Shown here: piece after piece, positions 38,417-49,242 of the stretch
How the letters are laid out: each line of letters begins with the position of its first letter
Numbering within the stretch: position 1 is the first letter of the stretch
Assembly (NCBI GenBank): GCA_016124735.1
Contig: WGMZ01000019.1
Location: forward strand, 3,217-67,216
Length of the DNA: 64,000 nucleotides
Reading direction: 5' to 3'
Source of the DNA: Bacteroidota bacterium
Lineage (GTDB): Bacteria; Bacteroidota; Bacteroidia; UBA8524
Translations under genes and position numbers: made by a program
The notes under the pieces: model-generated
Seen by the model: only the letters and a program-made list of their open reading frames with translations
Databases searched by the model: none
What the model was told of the DNA's origin: nothing

Positions 38417-41014
38417 ATGCTCAAATATCTGATAGCTGTGCTATTCATGGCCTGTAGCGGTACGGGCTACCTTTTCGCTCAGGCGTTTCAAACCAAGGTG
38501 GATATCACGGCGAATGGTATCCCTCTTAGAGACGTATTGAATCAGATTGAAGCGCAATCAATGGTGCGTTTTTCCTATTCAGATGATGTGATTCCGGTTG
38601 ATAAACCGATTCAGCTTAAACTGAGAAATGTGCGACTCTACAACGCACTACAGCAAATATTTGCCAATACCTTTATTGACTTTAAGGAAAATGGGATGCA
38701 GGTGCTGCTCTTTAGAAAAGACCTTCATCTGAATCCCGAAAAAGAATTTACTATCAGTGGATTTGTTCGGGAAGCAACATCCGGAGAACCCTTGCTTGGA
38801 GTGCATCTGGCCGTGGCCAATTCTTATCTCGGTACTACCACCAATGCCTATGGTTTTTATTCGATTAAACTCAGATCGGATACGTTTCACCTTCAGATAT
38901 CCTATGTGGGATATCAAACACGAGAGCAGTTCATCCTTCTCGATCGGGATATTCAATTAAATATGGTTCTTGTCCCTAATGCAGAACTAAAGGAGGTGGT
39001 GGTGGAAGGAAAAAAAGGCGAACCAACACCTGAATTGAAATCCATTAGTAAGATGGAAGTCCCAATTGCCGAAATTGCGAAAATACCAGCCTTGTTTGGA
39101 GAAAAAGATGTGTTCAAAGCGTTCAAACTCCTACCAGGGGTTCAGTTTGGCAACGAAGGCCAGGCCAATATGTTCGTAAGAGGTGGGGGAGCCGACCAAA
39201 ATTTGGTGATTTTGGATGACGCAACGGTATACAATGCCTTTCATCTTTTTGGCCTTTTTTCGCTCTTCAATGGCGATGCGCTTCGTTCTGCCCAGCTCAC
39301 CAAAGGGGGATTTCCGGCCCGCTACGGCGGAAGGCTGTCGTCGGTGATGGACATTCACATGAAGGATGGAAACAAACAGTCGTACCACGGAACGGGAACG
39401 ATTGGTTTGCTCTCTTCTAAATTTACCCTTGAGGGTCCGATTAAGAAAAACGTGAGCTCGTTTTTAATTTCAGGAAGGAGAATGTATTGGGACATGATCC
39501 TCAATAATTTCCTCCGGTCCAGACAACAAAATCTGACATTCTACTTTTACGATATCACAGCAAAAGCCGATTATATTTTTAGCGATAAAGATAAGCTGTT
39601 TCTAAGCGCTTATACCGGCAGGGACCGTTATGGCTTATCGGAGGGAAATAGTCAATATTCGTCTGGCTCCGGCATCAATTGGGAAAACATCACTTCAACC
39701 CTTCGCTGGAATCATGTTTTCAATCAGAAATTATTCATGAATACCTCGCTCATCCTGAGTAATTATCAGCTGAGGGTCAATTCAACCGGGACCTATGATT
39801 TTAAAAAATACGAGGCACGCCTATTCTCGGGAATTCGCGATTTTAGTGTGAAAGCCGACTTTGACTATAGCTATTCCCAAAAACGAAAACTGAAGTTTGG
39901 ACTAATTAGTACGTCCCATCATTTTACACCGCACGGATATTATGAATACAATGAATTGGGAGGACGACTGATAGCCGGATCGGAACATTATAACTCGCAG
40001 GAATCCGCTGTTTATCTGGAGGATCATTACCAGATGAATCGGCACGTTTCCTTTGTAAATGGTCTCCGCGTCAGTCATTTTAACAGTTCAGGAAAGAATT
40101 ATGTGCGCGCCGAGCCTAGACTTTCTTTTTGCTATAACCCCAATAAAATCTCCTCTTTCAAGATAGCTTATACCTTGATGAACCAATACATTCATCTGTT
40201 GACGAATACAGGTGTGGGTTTGCCTACAGATTTATGGGTGCCAAGTACGCCGAATATCGGTCCGCAACAGTCGCAACAAATTGCGGGAGGCTATAGCAGA
40301 TTGATTAGAAAACTCAGGTCGGTGATGAGTATCGAAGCCTATTACAAATACTCTACTGGTGTAATTGGATATAAGGAAGGAGCCACTTTTATTGAGGTAA
40401 ACCCCAACAATGAACCGGCGAAAGTTAATTGGGAGCAAAATGTAACCCAGGGTCGGAGTTGGAGTTATGGAGGAGAATTTTTATTGCAAAAGAAAACCGG
40501 ACCCTTTACCGGATGGGTAGCCTATACCTTGTCCTGGACCTACCTTCAGTTTGATGAACTCAACAGAGGGCAGAAATTTTTTGCACGCTACGACCGCCGG
40601 CATAGTGTGGCCCTGGTAGGCAATTGGGAAATCAACTCTAATATCACGTTAAATGCCACATGGATATACGGAACAGGCAATGCTATTACGCTTCCGGTGG
40701 CCAGTTTTTATGCCGTACAACATAATCCGACTTCACCCGATTTCAATAATTCAATCCTTGGTAGTCAGATACAGGAATATGGATTGAGGAATCAATACCG
40801 AATGAGTCCGTACCACCGATTGGATTGTGGAATACAGTTTCATAGAAAGAGGCGTACCTGGTCACGCATTTGGGAAATAAGCGTCTATAATTTGTATAAC
40901 AGAAAAAATCCGTTTTACTATTACATCAGTACCGACAGCCAGGGAAACGCAAGCCTACAGCAAAGGTCCTATTTCCCAATCATTCCATCCGTTTCATATA
41001 CCATCAAATTCTAA
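38417..41014 (+). CDS. TonB-dependent outer-membrane receptor with an N-terminal STN signalling domain and a carboxypeptidase-regulatory-like domain (FecA/SusC-like transducer)
   Basis: Signal peptide; STN domain (ITANGIPLRDVLNQIEAQSMVRFSY); CarbopepD_reg-like domain (FTISGFVREATSGEPLLGVHLAV); plug domain; a long beta-barrel; and a C-terminal aromatic residue (SYTIKF). The GTG at 38387 is the longest-ORF start. Confidence 0.85.
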   Translation: MLKYLIAVLFMACSGTGYLFAQAFQTKVDITANGIPLRDVLNQIEAQSMVRFSYSDDVIPVDKPIQLKLRNVRLYNALQQIFANTFIDFKENGMQVLLFRKDLHLNPEKEFTISGFVREATSGEPLLGVHLAVANSYLGTTTNAYGFYSIKLRSDTFHLQISYVGYQTREQFILLDRDIQLNMVLVPNAELKEVVVEGKKGEPTPELKSISKMEVPIAEIAKIPALFGEKDVFKAFKLLPGVQFGNEGQANMFVRGGGADQNLVILDDATVYNAFHLFGLFSLFNGDALRSAQLTKGGFPARYGGRLSSVMDIHMKDGNKQSYHGTGTIGLLSSKFTLEGPIKKNVSSFLISGRRMYWDMILNNFLRSRQQNLTFYFYDITAKADYIFSDKDKLFLSAYTGRDRYGLSEGNSQYSSGSGINWENITSTLRWNHVFNQKLFMNTSLILSNYQLRVNSTGTYDFKKYEARLFSGIRDFSVKADFDYSYSQKRKLKFGLISTSHHFTPHGYYEYNELGGRLIAGSEHYNSQESAVYLEDHYQMNRHVSFVNGLRVSHFNSSGKNYVRAEPRLSFCYNPNKISSFKIAYTLMNQYIHLLTNTGVGLPTDLWVPSTPNIGPQQSQQIAGGYSRLIRKLRSVMSIEAYYKYSTGVIGYKEGATFIEVNPNNEPAKVNWEQNVTQGRSWSYGGEFLLQKKTGPFTGWVAYTLSWTYLQFDELNRGQKFFARYDRRHSVALVGNWEINSNITLNATWIYGTGNAITLPVASFYAVQHNPTSPDFNNSILGSQIQEYGLRNQYRMSPYHRLDCGIQFHRKRRTWSRIWEISVYNLYNRKNPFYYYISTDSQGNASLQQRSYFPIIPSVSYTIKF

Positions 41015-41838
41015 TGAGAATATTTCTTTACATATTCTGCTCTGTGTTCTGCCTGGCTTGCGACAAAACGGCGGACATTCAGCTGCCTAAATCGAACCCG
41101 AAAATTGCCTTAACAGGCTTTTTATCTCCTGGTTTGCCAATTCAGATAACCTTGATAAAAGTTCAGCCTTTATTCGGAGGCTCAACCATCAATAAACCTT
41201 TATTCATTGGCGATGGAATTGTATACATATCCAACGGAAATGATACCAGTCAATTAAATCTTTCGGCATCTGGCGAATTTTACGAAGAAGCGATCCCCAA
41301 CATAGAAATACTTCCTGGGAAAACGTATTATGTATGGGCGTCCGCAGCCGGACTCCCACCCGTTTCGGCCTCCTGTACCGTGCCTGATTCTTCTGTGCGG
41401 AGTTTCTCTATGAGCCACTATGCTTCCAAGACAGATTCGGATACTACCTTTTATATTTCCATGGTTTGGAAAGATATTCAGGGACAATCGAATTTTTATC
41501 GGATTTACTCCAACCGACAGGATTCTACAGCATCCAATTTAACAAGCCATTCCTACCAATATAGTACCTCGTATTACAATGATTTTGGAAGAGATGGAGA
41601 AGAAATACAAACTTCACTGGGACAGGTTTCAGGAGGAGGATCCAATACCCGACATCGCTATATTTTGGCTGGTTTGATTACCTGCGATGAAAATTATTTT
41701 CGCTATCATCTCGGACTAGAAACCCTGAATGCGGGGGATCCCTTCGCACAACCCAGCAGCCTCTATAGTAATGTTCAGGGAGGGGTGGGTTGTTTTGGCG
41801 CTTATTTGCAATACACCGACATATTCAAGGTGTTTTAA
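41014..41838 (+). CDS. DUF4249-like lipoprotein, a typical partner of anti-sigma-coupled SusC-like receptors
   Basis: Lipoprotein signal MRIFLYIFCSVFCLAC. The start overlaps the receptor gene stop (TAATG). The domain assignment is from memory of locus organisation. Confidence 0.5.
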   Translation: MRIFLYIFCSVFCLACDKTADIQLPKSNPKIALTGFLSPGLPIQITLIKVQPLFGGSTINKPLFIGDGIVYISNGNDTSQLNLSASGEFYEEAIPNIEILPGKTYYVWASAAGLPPVSASCTVPDSSVRSFSMSHYASKTDSDTTFYISMVWKDIQGQSNFYRIYSNRQDSTASNLTSHSYQYSTSYYNDFGRDGEEIQTSLGQVSGGGSNTRHRYILAGLITCDENYFRYHLGLETLNAGDPFAQPSSLYSNVQGGVGCFGAYLQYTDIFKVF

Positions 41839-41896
41839 AGACAATTTTTCATGCTCCTGAAGAATGGTGGGATATTCGCATCAGCATTTCTGAAAT

Positions 41897-43699
41897 ATGG
41901 CACGAAGAGACAGAACAGAAAAAGTTGATATGCCGAGGGCAAAGCTTTCCCGACAGTCGATACGGAAAGGCTTGCAACTTTTCTCCTATATAGGCAGCAA
42001 TAAATGGAAATTTTATCTGGGTTTATTCTTCCTGGCGGGGACCGGGGCTACCGCGCTGGCATTCCCAACAATGATTGGCGAGATTCTCAAAGCAGCAGAT
42101 GCGGACTGGTCGCAGTTGGTAAAATGGGGTTGGATTATTCTGGGCGTATTTGTGGCCCAAACCGTTTTTTCCTATTTCCGCATATACTTATTTGTGGATG
42201 TTACGGAACGAATGTTGGAAGCCATTCGTAAGGCAACTTACGAAAACATGATAAAGCTCAATATGAGCTACCTGACACAAAGAAGAGCAGGGGAGTTGAG
42301 CAGCCGGATTTCAGCAGATATTTCTCAGATTCAGGACACATTTACCACCAACATTGCGGAATTTTTAAGGCAAACAATTATCATCATCGGAGGAATCATT
42401 CTTCTCTTTACCACTTCCGTAAAGTTGGCTCTGGCTATGTTGATAATAATCCCACCTCTCGCAATATTGACGGTGATCTTTGGGTATTTCGTTCGCAAGA
42501 AATCCAAAGGAGTGCAGGATCAGGTAGCCGATAGCAATACCATTGTAGATGAAACATTACAAGGAATTCATAATGTAAAGGCATTTGCCAATGAATACTA
42601 CGAAGTGTTCCGTTATGGAAAATCTACCGGTGAAGTAAGAAAGAAAGCCATTCAGGTTGGGCGCATGCGGGCGGCCTTTGCATCATTCATTATCTTTGGA
42701 TTATTTGGTGGAATTGTCGCACTGATATTTTATGGTGCCTATCTCAAACAACAGGGACTCATGGAATATGGCGACCTGGTTCAATTCATGCTATACACTG
42801 TATTTGTAGGGGGTTCCATTGGTGGAATTGCCGAACAATATAATCAGATTCAGAAAACTTTGGGCGCTACCGATCGCGTATTGGAACTTTTAAACGAAGA
42901 TGCCGAATTGGTTGATATGGACGGCGATCGCCGCAAATCCTATCCACGTTTTCGCGGTAGTTTTCAGTTTGAGAAAGTTGAATTTGCCTATCCCTCACGT
43001 CCGGAAGTGACGGTTTTGAAAGGTGTTTCTCTTGAGGCAAAGGCAGGTGAAAAAATTGCACTCGTCGGACAAAGTGGTTCGGGAAAAACTACTCTGTCAT
43101 CTTTGCTGTTCCGCTTCTATGATCCGCAATCGGGTAGTATTAAGATTGATGGTAAAGACATTCGGGAATACCCGCTGACATACCTGCGCAGCCAAATGGC
43201 TATCGTACCTCAGGACGTAGTTTTATTTGGTGGCAGTATCCGGGAAAATATTCTTTACGGAAAGCCGGAAGCTAGTGAAGAGGAAATAATTGAGGCTGCC
43301 AAAAAAGCGAACGCCTGGAATTTTATCAGTCAATTTCCTGAAGGTCTGGATGCCATAGTAGGAGATCGCGGTATTAAACTCAGTGGAGGGCAAAGGCAGA
43401 GAATTGCCATCGCACGGGCCATATTGAAAGATCCATCTATTCTTATTTTGGATGAAGCGACTTCGTCACTTGATTCAGAATCAGAGGCATTGGTTCAGGA
43501 AGCTCTTGAAAAATTGATGAAGGGAAGAACATCCTTGGTTATCGCTCACCGGCTCAGTACAATTCGTAACGCAGACCATATACTGGTTCTCCAGGATGGA
43601 GAAATTCACGAAAGCGGGACACATGAGCAATTGATTACCAGGGAGAATGGTATCTATAAAAAATTGAATAGTATGCAGTCTGACGTGCTCATTTCATAA
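41897..43699 (+). CDS. ABC transporter, fused permease/ATP-binding exporter (MsbA/ABCB-like)
   Basis: A six-helix N-terminal transmembrane domain, then Walker A GQSGSGKTT, the signature LSGGQRQRIAIARA, and Walker B ILILDEATS. Confidence 0.85.
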   Translation: MARRDRTEKVDMPRAKLSRQSIRKGLQLFSYIGSNKWKFYLGLFFLAGTGATALAFPTMIGEILKAADADWSQLVKWGWIILGVFVAQTVFSYFRIYLFVDVTERMLEAIRKATYENMIKLNMSYLTQRRAGELSSRISADISQIQDTFTTNIAEFLRQTIIIIGGIILLFTTSVKLALAMLIIIPPLAILTVIFGYFVRKKSKGVQDQVADSNTIVDETLQGIHNVKAFANEYYEVFRYGKSTGEVRKKAIQVGRMRAAFASFIIFGLFGGIVALIFYGAYLKQQGLMEYGDLVQFMLYTVFVGGSIGGIAEQYNQIQKTLGATDRVLELLNEDAELVDMDGDRRKSYPRFRGSFQFEKVEFAYPSRPEVTVLKGVSLEAKAGEKIALVGQSGSGKTTLSSLLFRFYDPQSGSIKIDGKDIREYPLTYLRSQMAIVPQDVVLFGGSIRENILYGKPEASEEEIIEAAKKANAWNFISQFPEGLDAIVGDRGIKLSGGQRQRIAIARAILKDPSILILDEATSSLDSESEALVQEALEKLMKGRTSLVIAHRLSTIRNADHILVLQDGEIHESGTHEQLITRENGIYKKLNSMQSDVLIS

Positions 43700-43922
43700 T
43701 ACCAGGAGCCATTTATCGAAAAAGTTTTAAATTTTATCAGAAGCTCATGCAACAAAAGGCCGGGTAATTGGTTCTAATAAGTAGGTATGAGAAACTTTTT
43801 TAGCAGGTTATTTACGTCTCTCTTTAAAAAATCAGGAAAGCCGGGTTCTAATTCGGACTTCCACCTCTTTATCTGATTTATTCCAATGGGAGCACTTATC
43901 GGATAATCCTATATTTGGGGTT

Positions 43923-45575
43923 ATGTGCAAGGCGTGTATCCTTTTCATTTTTTCAATCTTCTTTTTTTCTTGTCAATCTCCGAATAATGTAGACCTGGTT
44001 TTGTTCAATGGGTCCATCCATTCTTATGGTCAGGGAAATATTGATGCCACATGCTTAGTTGTAGATGATGGAAAAATTCTCGCAATAGGCGGGCAAGATT
44101 CCCTGAGGGTATTATACAAGGGGAGGCAGGAGATAGATTTAAAAGGTAAAAATGTCTATCCGGGCTGGCATGATGCGCATGCGCATTTTGCAGGCTATGC
44201 CCGCGGACTTTCAGAAATTGATTTAAAAGGGTGTCATTCATGGGACGAATGTCTTGAACGAATAGCCACCTACATTCAAAAATACCCGGAAAAGAAATGG
44301 ATCAGAGGAAGGGGATGGGATCAAAACCTTTGGGGCGGCAACTATCCGACCCGCAGGGAAATTGATTCGCTCTACCCAAATAAATTCATTTATCTGTCGC
44401 GGGTAGATGGTCATGCGGCCCTGGTGAGTGGAAATGTTTTAGAGCGTGCGGGCTTCGACTTGAATACACAAATAGACGGTGGGCAGCTCCTGCACTTTGA
44501 TCAAACGGATCAACTGAGTGGCTTGCTGATTGACGCAGCAGCAGATAGGGCAGCGGATCAAGTACCGGATTTAAGTATGGAAGAATGGAGCCAGGTATTA
44601 AAATTGGCAGAAACAAAACTGCTGGCACATGGAATAACTGCGGTAACAGATGCAGGCTTGCCACTAAATATGATAGGTATTATTGATTCTCTTCAGGAAG
44701 AGAATGCCCTTCACTTGCGGATGAATATTATGTTATCACCTGATGCGGATGCATTTGCCTATGCAAGAGAACATGGAAAAATACAAAAGCCCGCATTGAA
44801 TGTTTTAAGCTTCAAACTGTATGCAGATGGGGCGCTGGGTTCCCGGGGAGCGCTATTGAAAAAACCCTATTGCGATCATAAGGGTTCTGGTTTGGCCATC
44901 CATCGACCCGTGTATTTTGACAGTGTTTGCACCATAATATACCACCTGGGCTTTCAGGCAAACACACATTGCATTGGCGATTCAGCGAATGGCTTGATTC
45001 TTCATACTTATGGGAAGTTCCTGCAAGGGAAAAATGATCGACGTTGGCGTATTGAGCATGCACAGGTAGTGGATTCTTCGGACATGCACTATTTTGGTGA
45101 ATACAGTATTCTTCCCTCTGTGCAGCCCACTCATGCCACCTCCGACATGAAATGGGCGCAGGATCGCTTATGCCTGGAACGCATGTCCGGAGCTTACGCC
45201 TATCATTCTTTATTAAATGTAGCTGGGATATTACCACTGGGAACGGATTTTCCCGTGGAAGATATCAATCCGATGTACACCTTATTGGCAGCAGTATACA
45301 GGCAAAACAGCAAACTTGAACCCGAAAACGGGTTTCGCGCGGAGGAGGCCATTGATTTGAATACTTGCTTGAGAGGAATGACTTGGTGGCCGGCATGGGC
45401 AGCATTCAGAGAAAGAGATTGGGGCGCTCTCGAACCCGGTATGTTCGCTGATTTTGCGGTATATGACAATGATTTGTCCAAATGTACACCAAATCAAATT
45501 GCAGATATCAAGCCGCGGGAAACCTGGATTGATGGAAAAATGAGGTGGTCAGCGGGAGCTCGTCAAATCGAATAA
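43923..45575 (+). CDS. Amidohydrolase-family (Amidohydro_3, YtcJ-like) metal-dependent hydrolase, probable lipoprotein
   Basis: Lipobox-like N-terminus ...FFFSCQS. Metal-binding motif GWHDAHAHF and the later H and D ligands (THCIGD, HATSD). Confidence 0.75.
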   Translation: MCKACILFIFSIFFFSCQSPNNVDLVLFNGSIHSYGQGNIDATCLVVDDGKILAIGGQDSLRVLYKGRQEIDLKGKNVYPGWHDAHAHFAGYARGLSEIDLKGCHSWDECLERIATYIQKYPEKKWIRGRGWDQNLWGGNYPTRREIDSLYPNKFIYLSRVDGHAALVSGNVLERAGFDLNTQIDGGQLLHFDQTDQLSGLLIDAAADRAADQVPDLSMEEWSQVLKLAETKLLAHGITAVTDAGLPLNMIGIIDSLQEENALHLRMNIMLSPDADAFAYAREHGKIQKPALNVLSFKLYADGALGSRGALLKKPYCDHKGSGLAIHRPVYFDSVCTIIYHLGFQANTHCIGDSANGLILHTYGKFLQGKNDRRWRIEHAQVVDSSDMHYFGEYSILPSVQPTHATSDMKWAQDRLCLERMSGAYAYHSLLNVAGILPLGTDFPVEDINPMYTLLAAVYRQNSKLEPENGFRAEEAIDLNTCLRGMTWWPAWAAFRERDWGALEPGMFADFAVYDNDLSKCTPNQIADIKPRETWIDGKMRWSAGARQIE

Positions 45576-45597
45576 TCAAGCATCAATTGCTCGCGAA

Positions 45598-46554
45598 TTA
45601 CTCGTCCTGATCGTCTTCTTCCAATACTTTGTTGACAGAAGCAGGTTTACTGCTTTTTGGAAGTTTTAATTCATACGTCTTGCGCGACTTATTTTTTAGA
45701 CTTCTGGAGGAAATCCAGGGATTTAAGATTTTCAGATATTTATAATTGCTGCCCTGTTCCAGGGCGAATTCAGGCCAGTTGTTAACCGTTGAATCTACCT
45801 GAATGCTTCGGGTCGGAATCGCGCTGTATAAAGCATCTGGTTCCAGCTCAAATCCATATGCTTCCTGGTGGGAATAAATCTCTTTTGCTGCCACTATCCG
45901 AAACAGATATCTGGCGGTTTCGGAATTCAGATGCAAGTCGTAGTAGTTGTCTACTCCCTGACTTTTTAATTGCCTTTCTACTCCATTCTCTCCCATATTG
46001 TAAGCGGCAGCAGCCAATGTCCAGCTTCCCAGTTTTTCTTGGTTGTCTTTCAAATAAGCACAGGCAGCCTGCGTAGCTTTTGCCAAATGGTAGCGTTCGT
46101 CTACTTCGTTATTCACTTCCAGTCCGTAGCGCTTCCCCGTTGATGATAAAAATTGCCAGAATCCTGCGGCACCACTTGGAGATACAACATTGGAGAGCCC
46201 ACTTTCAATCATGCAGAGGTACTTGAAATCATCCGGCACGCCATTTTCTTTTAAGATGGGTTCTATAATTGGGAAATACTTATGAGCCCTTTTCAGCATC
46301 AGGATTGTATTGCTATGCCAGAAAGTGTTGACCAATAGTTCTCGGTCCAGTCGCTCACGCACGTCGGATTCATTCAGCTTTAATGCTTCTCCGGCAAAAT
46401 TCAGGTCGGCTGGAATCTTTGGAATGGTTAAGGTCCCATTAGGATGGTTCACAACCAATGAATGTTTCTCCTGCTTACCGGCAAGAGAAACCAAAATAAT
46501 TGCCGACAAAGCAGCGCCACCGAGCACGTAAAGGAAATTTTTGAGCATACGCAT
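45598..46554 (-). CDS. Lytic transglycosylase (SLT/MltD-like domain) protein
   Basis: Signal peptide, then an SLT-domain signature (CMIESGLSNVVSPSGAAGFWQF...AAAAYNMGENGV). Confidence 0.7.
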   Translation of the reverse strand: MRMLKNFLYVLGGAALSAIILVSLAGKQEKHSLVVNHPNGTLTIPKIPADLNFAGEALKLNESDVRERLDRELLVNTFWHSNTILMLKRAHKYFPIIEPILKENGVPDDFKYLCMIESGLSNVVSPSGAAGFWQFLSSTGKRYGLEVNNEVDERYHLAKATQAACAYLKDNQEKLGSWTLAAAAYNMGENGVERQLKSQGVDNYYDLHLNSETARYLFRIVAAKEIYSHQEAYGFELEPDALYSAIPTRSIQVDSTVNNWPEFALEQGSNYKYLKILNPWISSRSLKNKSRKTYELKLPKSSKPASVNKVLEEDDQDE

Positions 46555-46578
46555 AGAGATGCAATATTTAAGCCTGAT

Positions 46579-47634
46579 TTAACTTTTGCTTCTTACTCTT
46601 CTCAACCAACGAGGAAAAACAATGATTCCGATTATAAGATACGGATAATAACTCAAAAGTCTCCATAAGAAGGCTTGAAAACCGGATAGATTTGGTAAAG
46701 TGAATTCTTTCAAAAATCCCTCAAAAACTATTTCGGCTATGCCGCTGCTCCCAGGAGTCGGACTAATCAGCATGATGACCCACATCACCATTTGTCGGGC
46801 ATAGATGATGAAATGGTCTACCCCGGACATGAATGCAAGTATCAGGCAGTTGATAACCAAAAAACGTGCGGTCCAGGAAACAAAAGTGGCGGCAAAAGAT
46901 TTGGCCCAAAAGCTGAATTTCTTTCCTTTTAATTCCAGGGAAGTGGTGATTACTTCATCTCCAACCTCTGCGGCTTTGTTTTGGAACCTTTTCAAGACAG
47001 GTAGTCTAAAAATTCGGACCAGGAATTTTTTAAAGCCTTGAGGATTGAAAAAGAGCGAAAGCAGAATAATGGTGGTCAGGAGAAAAATGAACCCATATCC
47101 TGCATAGAAGATTCCTTTGATCCCCATGGTGATGCCGAACATATTTTTTTGCAGATCAATAGGAAACAGGTTGTTCCAGCCGGCAAGTACAATACAAATG
47201 GGCACCATGATGATATAGAATAGTTCATCAAGCAGAGCTGTAACCAGTACAATGGCCGTGCTTTTACCGAGCGGAATTTTTTCCTGATTAAGTATAAACA
47301 TGGCTATGCCTGAACCACCTACGACGGAAGGAGACAATGCAGAAGCAAATTCCCAAAGCATAATCACATCAAAAGCTTTCTTCCAGCTCAGCTTTTTTTC
47401 AGTCAGAATTCGAATACGCACCATATAGCCAACATCTCGCGCAGCCATCATCAGAGCGCTCATCACTAACCAAAATACGACATGGATAGACCAGTGTATC
47501 TGCTCGTATGATTTTGGATCAAAATCATGAAACACCAAATACAAAGTCACAGCGAGGCCAAGCACAATCGGAATAATGACATTCCGGGTGCGAAATTGCT
47601 TCGGGGTATCTAATTGTGGGCTTAGTTCGGGCAA
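46579..47634 (-). CDS. Flippase-like / lysylphosphatidylglycerol-synthase transmembrane-region family membrane protein
   Basis: Eight or more transmembrane helices with a UPF0104-like layout. The start is uncertain. The longest ORF begins with TTG at 47634, and no in-frame ATG occurs until residue 58. Confidence 0.45.
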   Translation of the reverse strand: MPELSPQLDTPKQFRTRNVIIPIVLGLAVTLYLVFHDFDPKSYEQIHWSIHVVFWLVMSALMMAARDVGYMVRIRILTEKKLSWKKAFDVIMLWEFASALSPSVVGGSGIAMFILNQEKIPLGKSTAIVLVTALLDELFYIIMVPICIVLAGWNNLFPIDLQKNMFGITMGIKGIFYAGYGFIFLLTTIILLSLFFNPQGFKKFLVRIFRLPVLKRFQNKAAEVGDEVITTSLELKGKKFSFWAKSFAATFVSWTARFLVINCLILAFMSGVDHFIIYARQMVMWVIMLISPTPGSSGIAEIVFEGFLKEFTLPNLSGFQAFLWRLLSYYPYLIIGIIVFPRWLRRVRSKS

Positions 47635-47635
47635 A

Positions 47636-49096
47636 TTACTGGCCTTGTGCCAGCGAATATCCCTGCTTTTCTCCGAAATTCCTCAACATTTCCATGGAAG
47701 TCACAAAGAGTTCATTGGAAATAATCTGAATCATTTGCCATATTTCTGTAGTATTTGTTTCTCCCGTTTCATCATGGCAAACAATGCGGCAACGGTGGTG
47801 GTTAACACACTCGGTTAATACAGATCCGGTAGGCCAAACCTGGGTGCCACGGTTTGAAATCATCTGCAACTTAAATTTCGCAGGCAAACGATTTTCAATA
47901 ATAGCAGCGACTTCATCCGCTGATTTTTCAGAGTCGATGAACAAGTCGCTACCAATCAAAACTTCTTTTTCAGTGCGAGGGCTGGCCATCATAATACGCG
48001 AAGTGGGCAATTGTGGTTTTGCCCATGCTTTTCCGGCCGTGCCAGCTTTTCTGGGTTCAGATTCCAGTGGAGACTTGCCAAGGTTTTTGATAATGGCATC
48101 CGCAAATTCGGTAGTATTGCTGGAAGGGATTGATTTATCGCCAAAATCACCGGTATGAATTCCCTGCTCCAGAGTGTAAAGCAACGCGTTTTCAATCGCA
48201 GCTGCTTTATCGCCATGTCCCAGGTGACGCAACATCATCAATCCACTCAATAAAAGAGAAGTTGGATTGGCTATGTTTTTTCCTGCGATATCAGGGGCGG
48301 TGCCGTGTACCGCCTCAAAAATGCAAATATTATCGCCGATATTAGATGATGGAGCAAAGCCCAAACCGCCTACCAACCCCGCGCATAGGTCAGAAACGAT
48401 ATCCCCTTGAAGATTAGGGAGAACAACTACCTGAAATCTTTCGGGCATGGAAACCAATTTCATACACAGATCATCTACGATGATATCACTGGCTTCGATT
48501 TCCGGATAGTCTTTCGCTACCTGATAAAAGGTCTCAAGGAACAAGCCATCGGTCAGTTTCATGATATTAGCTTTGTGACCACAGGCTACTTTTTTAAAAC
48601 CTTCCTTGCGCGCCAGTTCAAAAGCAAAGCGGTGCACTTGTTCGGAACCTTTGCGGGTAATAAAGCGACGGCAAACGGCAACATCGTTTGAGTTCATGTG
48701 CTCAATGCCACCATAAGTATCTTCGATGTTCTCGCGAACGATGGTAATATCAATGGGAATTCCGGCTTTACTGTAAACCGTGTCAACACCTTTTAAAGAT
48801 TGGAAATGACGGCGGTTCGCATAGGTGCTCCATGTTTTACGGGCCGTAACATTTATGCTTTTCATACCCTTGCCTTTGGGAGTTTCCATGGGACCTTTGA
48901 AAAGAATGCAATTGGATTCAATGCTTTCTTTTGCCTGAGGCGTCATTCCGCTGGTATAGCCCTGCAGGAAAAATTCTTTTCCCATTTCCACGAATTCATA
49001 GTCAAGGTTAACCTGGGCTGCATCGAAAATCCGAAGCACGGCATCCATGATTTCTTGTCCTATTCCATCTCCTTTAGCAACTGAAATTTTTGTCAT
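47636..49096 (-). CDS. icd: Isocitrate dehydrogenase (isocitrate/isopropylmalate dehydrogenase family) with a C-terminal extension of about 140 aa
   Basis: The N-terminal ~340 aa are colinear with IDH/IMDH enzymes ([37 protein letters not shown], and a C-terminal GDxG-type region). The final ~140 aa have no counterpart in E. coli IDH. Confidence 0.7.
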   Translation of the reverse strand: MTKISVAKGDGIGQEIMDAVLRIFDAAQVNLDYEFVEMGKEFFLQGYTSGMTPQAKESIESNCILFKGPMETPKGKGMKSINVTARKTWSTYANRRHFQSLKGVDTVYSKAGIPIDITIVRENIEDTYGGIEHMNSNDVAVCRRFITRKGSEQVHRFAFELARKEGFKKVACGHKANIMKLTDGLFLETFYQVAKDYPEIEASDIIVDDLCMKLVSMPERFQVVVLPNLQGDIVSDLCAGLVGGLGFAPSSNIGDNICIFEAVHGTAPDIAGKNIANPTSLLLSGLMMLRHLGHGDKAAAIENALLYTLEQGIHTGDFGDKSIPSSNTTEFADAIIKNLGKSPLESEPRKAGTAGKAWAKPQLPTSRIMMASPRTEKEVLIGSDLFIDSEKSADEVAAIIENRLPAKFKLQMISNRGTQVWPTGSVLTECVNHHRCRIVCHDETGETNTTEIWQMIQIISNELFVTSMEMLRNFGEKQGYSLAQGQ

Positions 49097-49242
49097 GATT
49101 TATACTGATTTCCAAACGGCTGCAAAAGTAGGGTATTCATGAAGGAAATACGAAGCAACCTGGGAAATTATCCATGAGAAACATTAATTTTTGAGTGAAT
49201 TTTTGGCATCCGGCCGAATCCTCTTTTTTTGTAAGCACCCTC

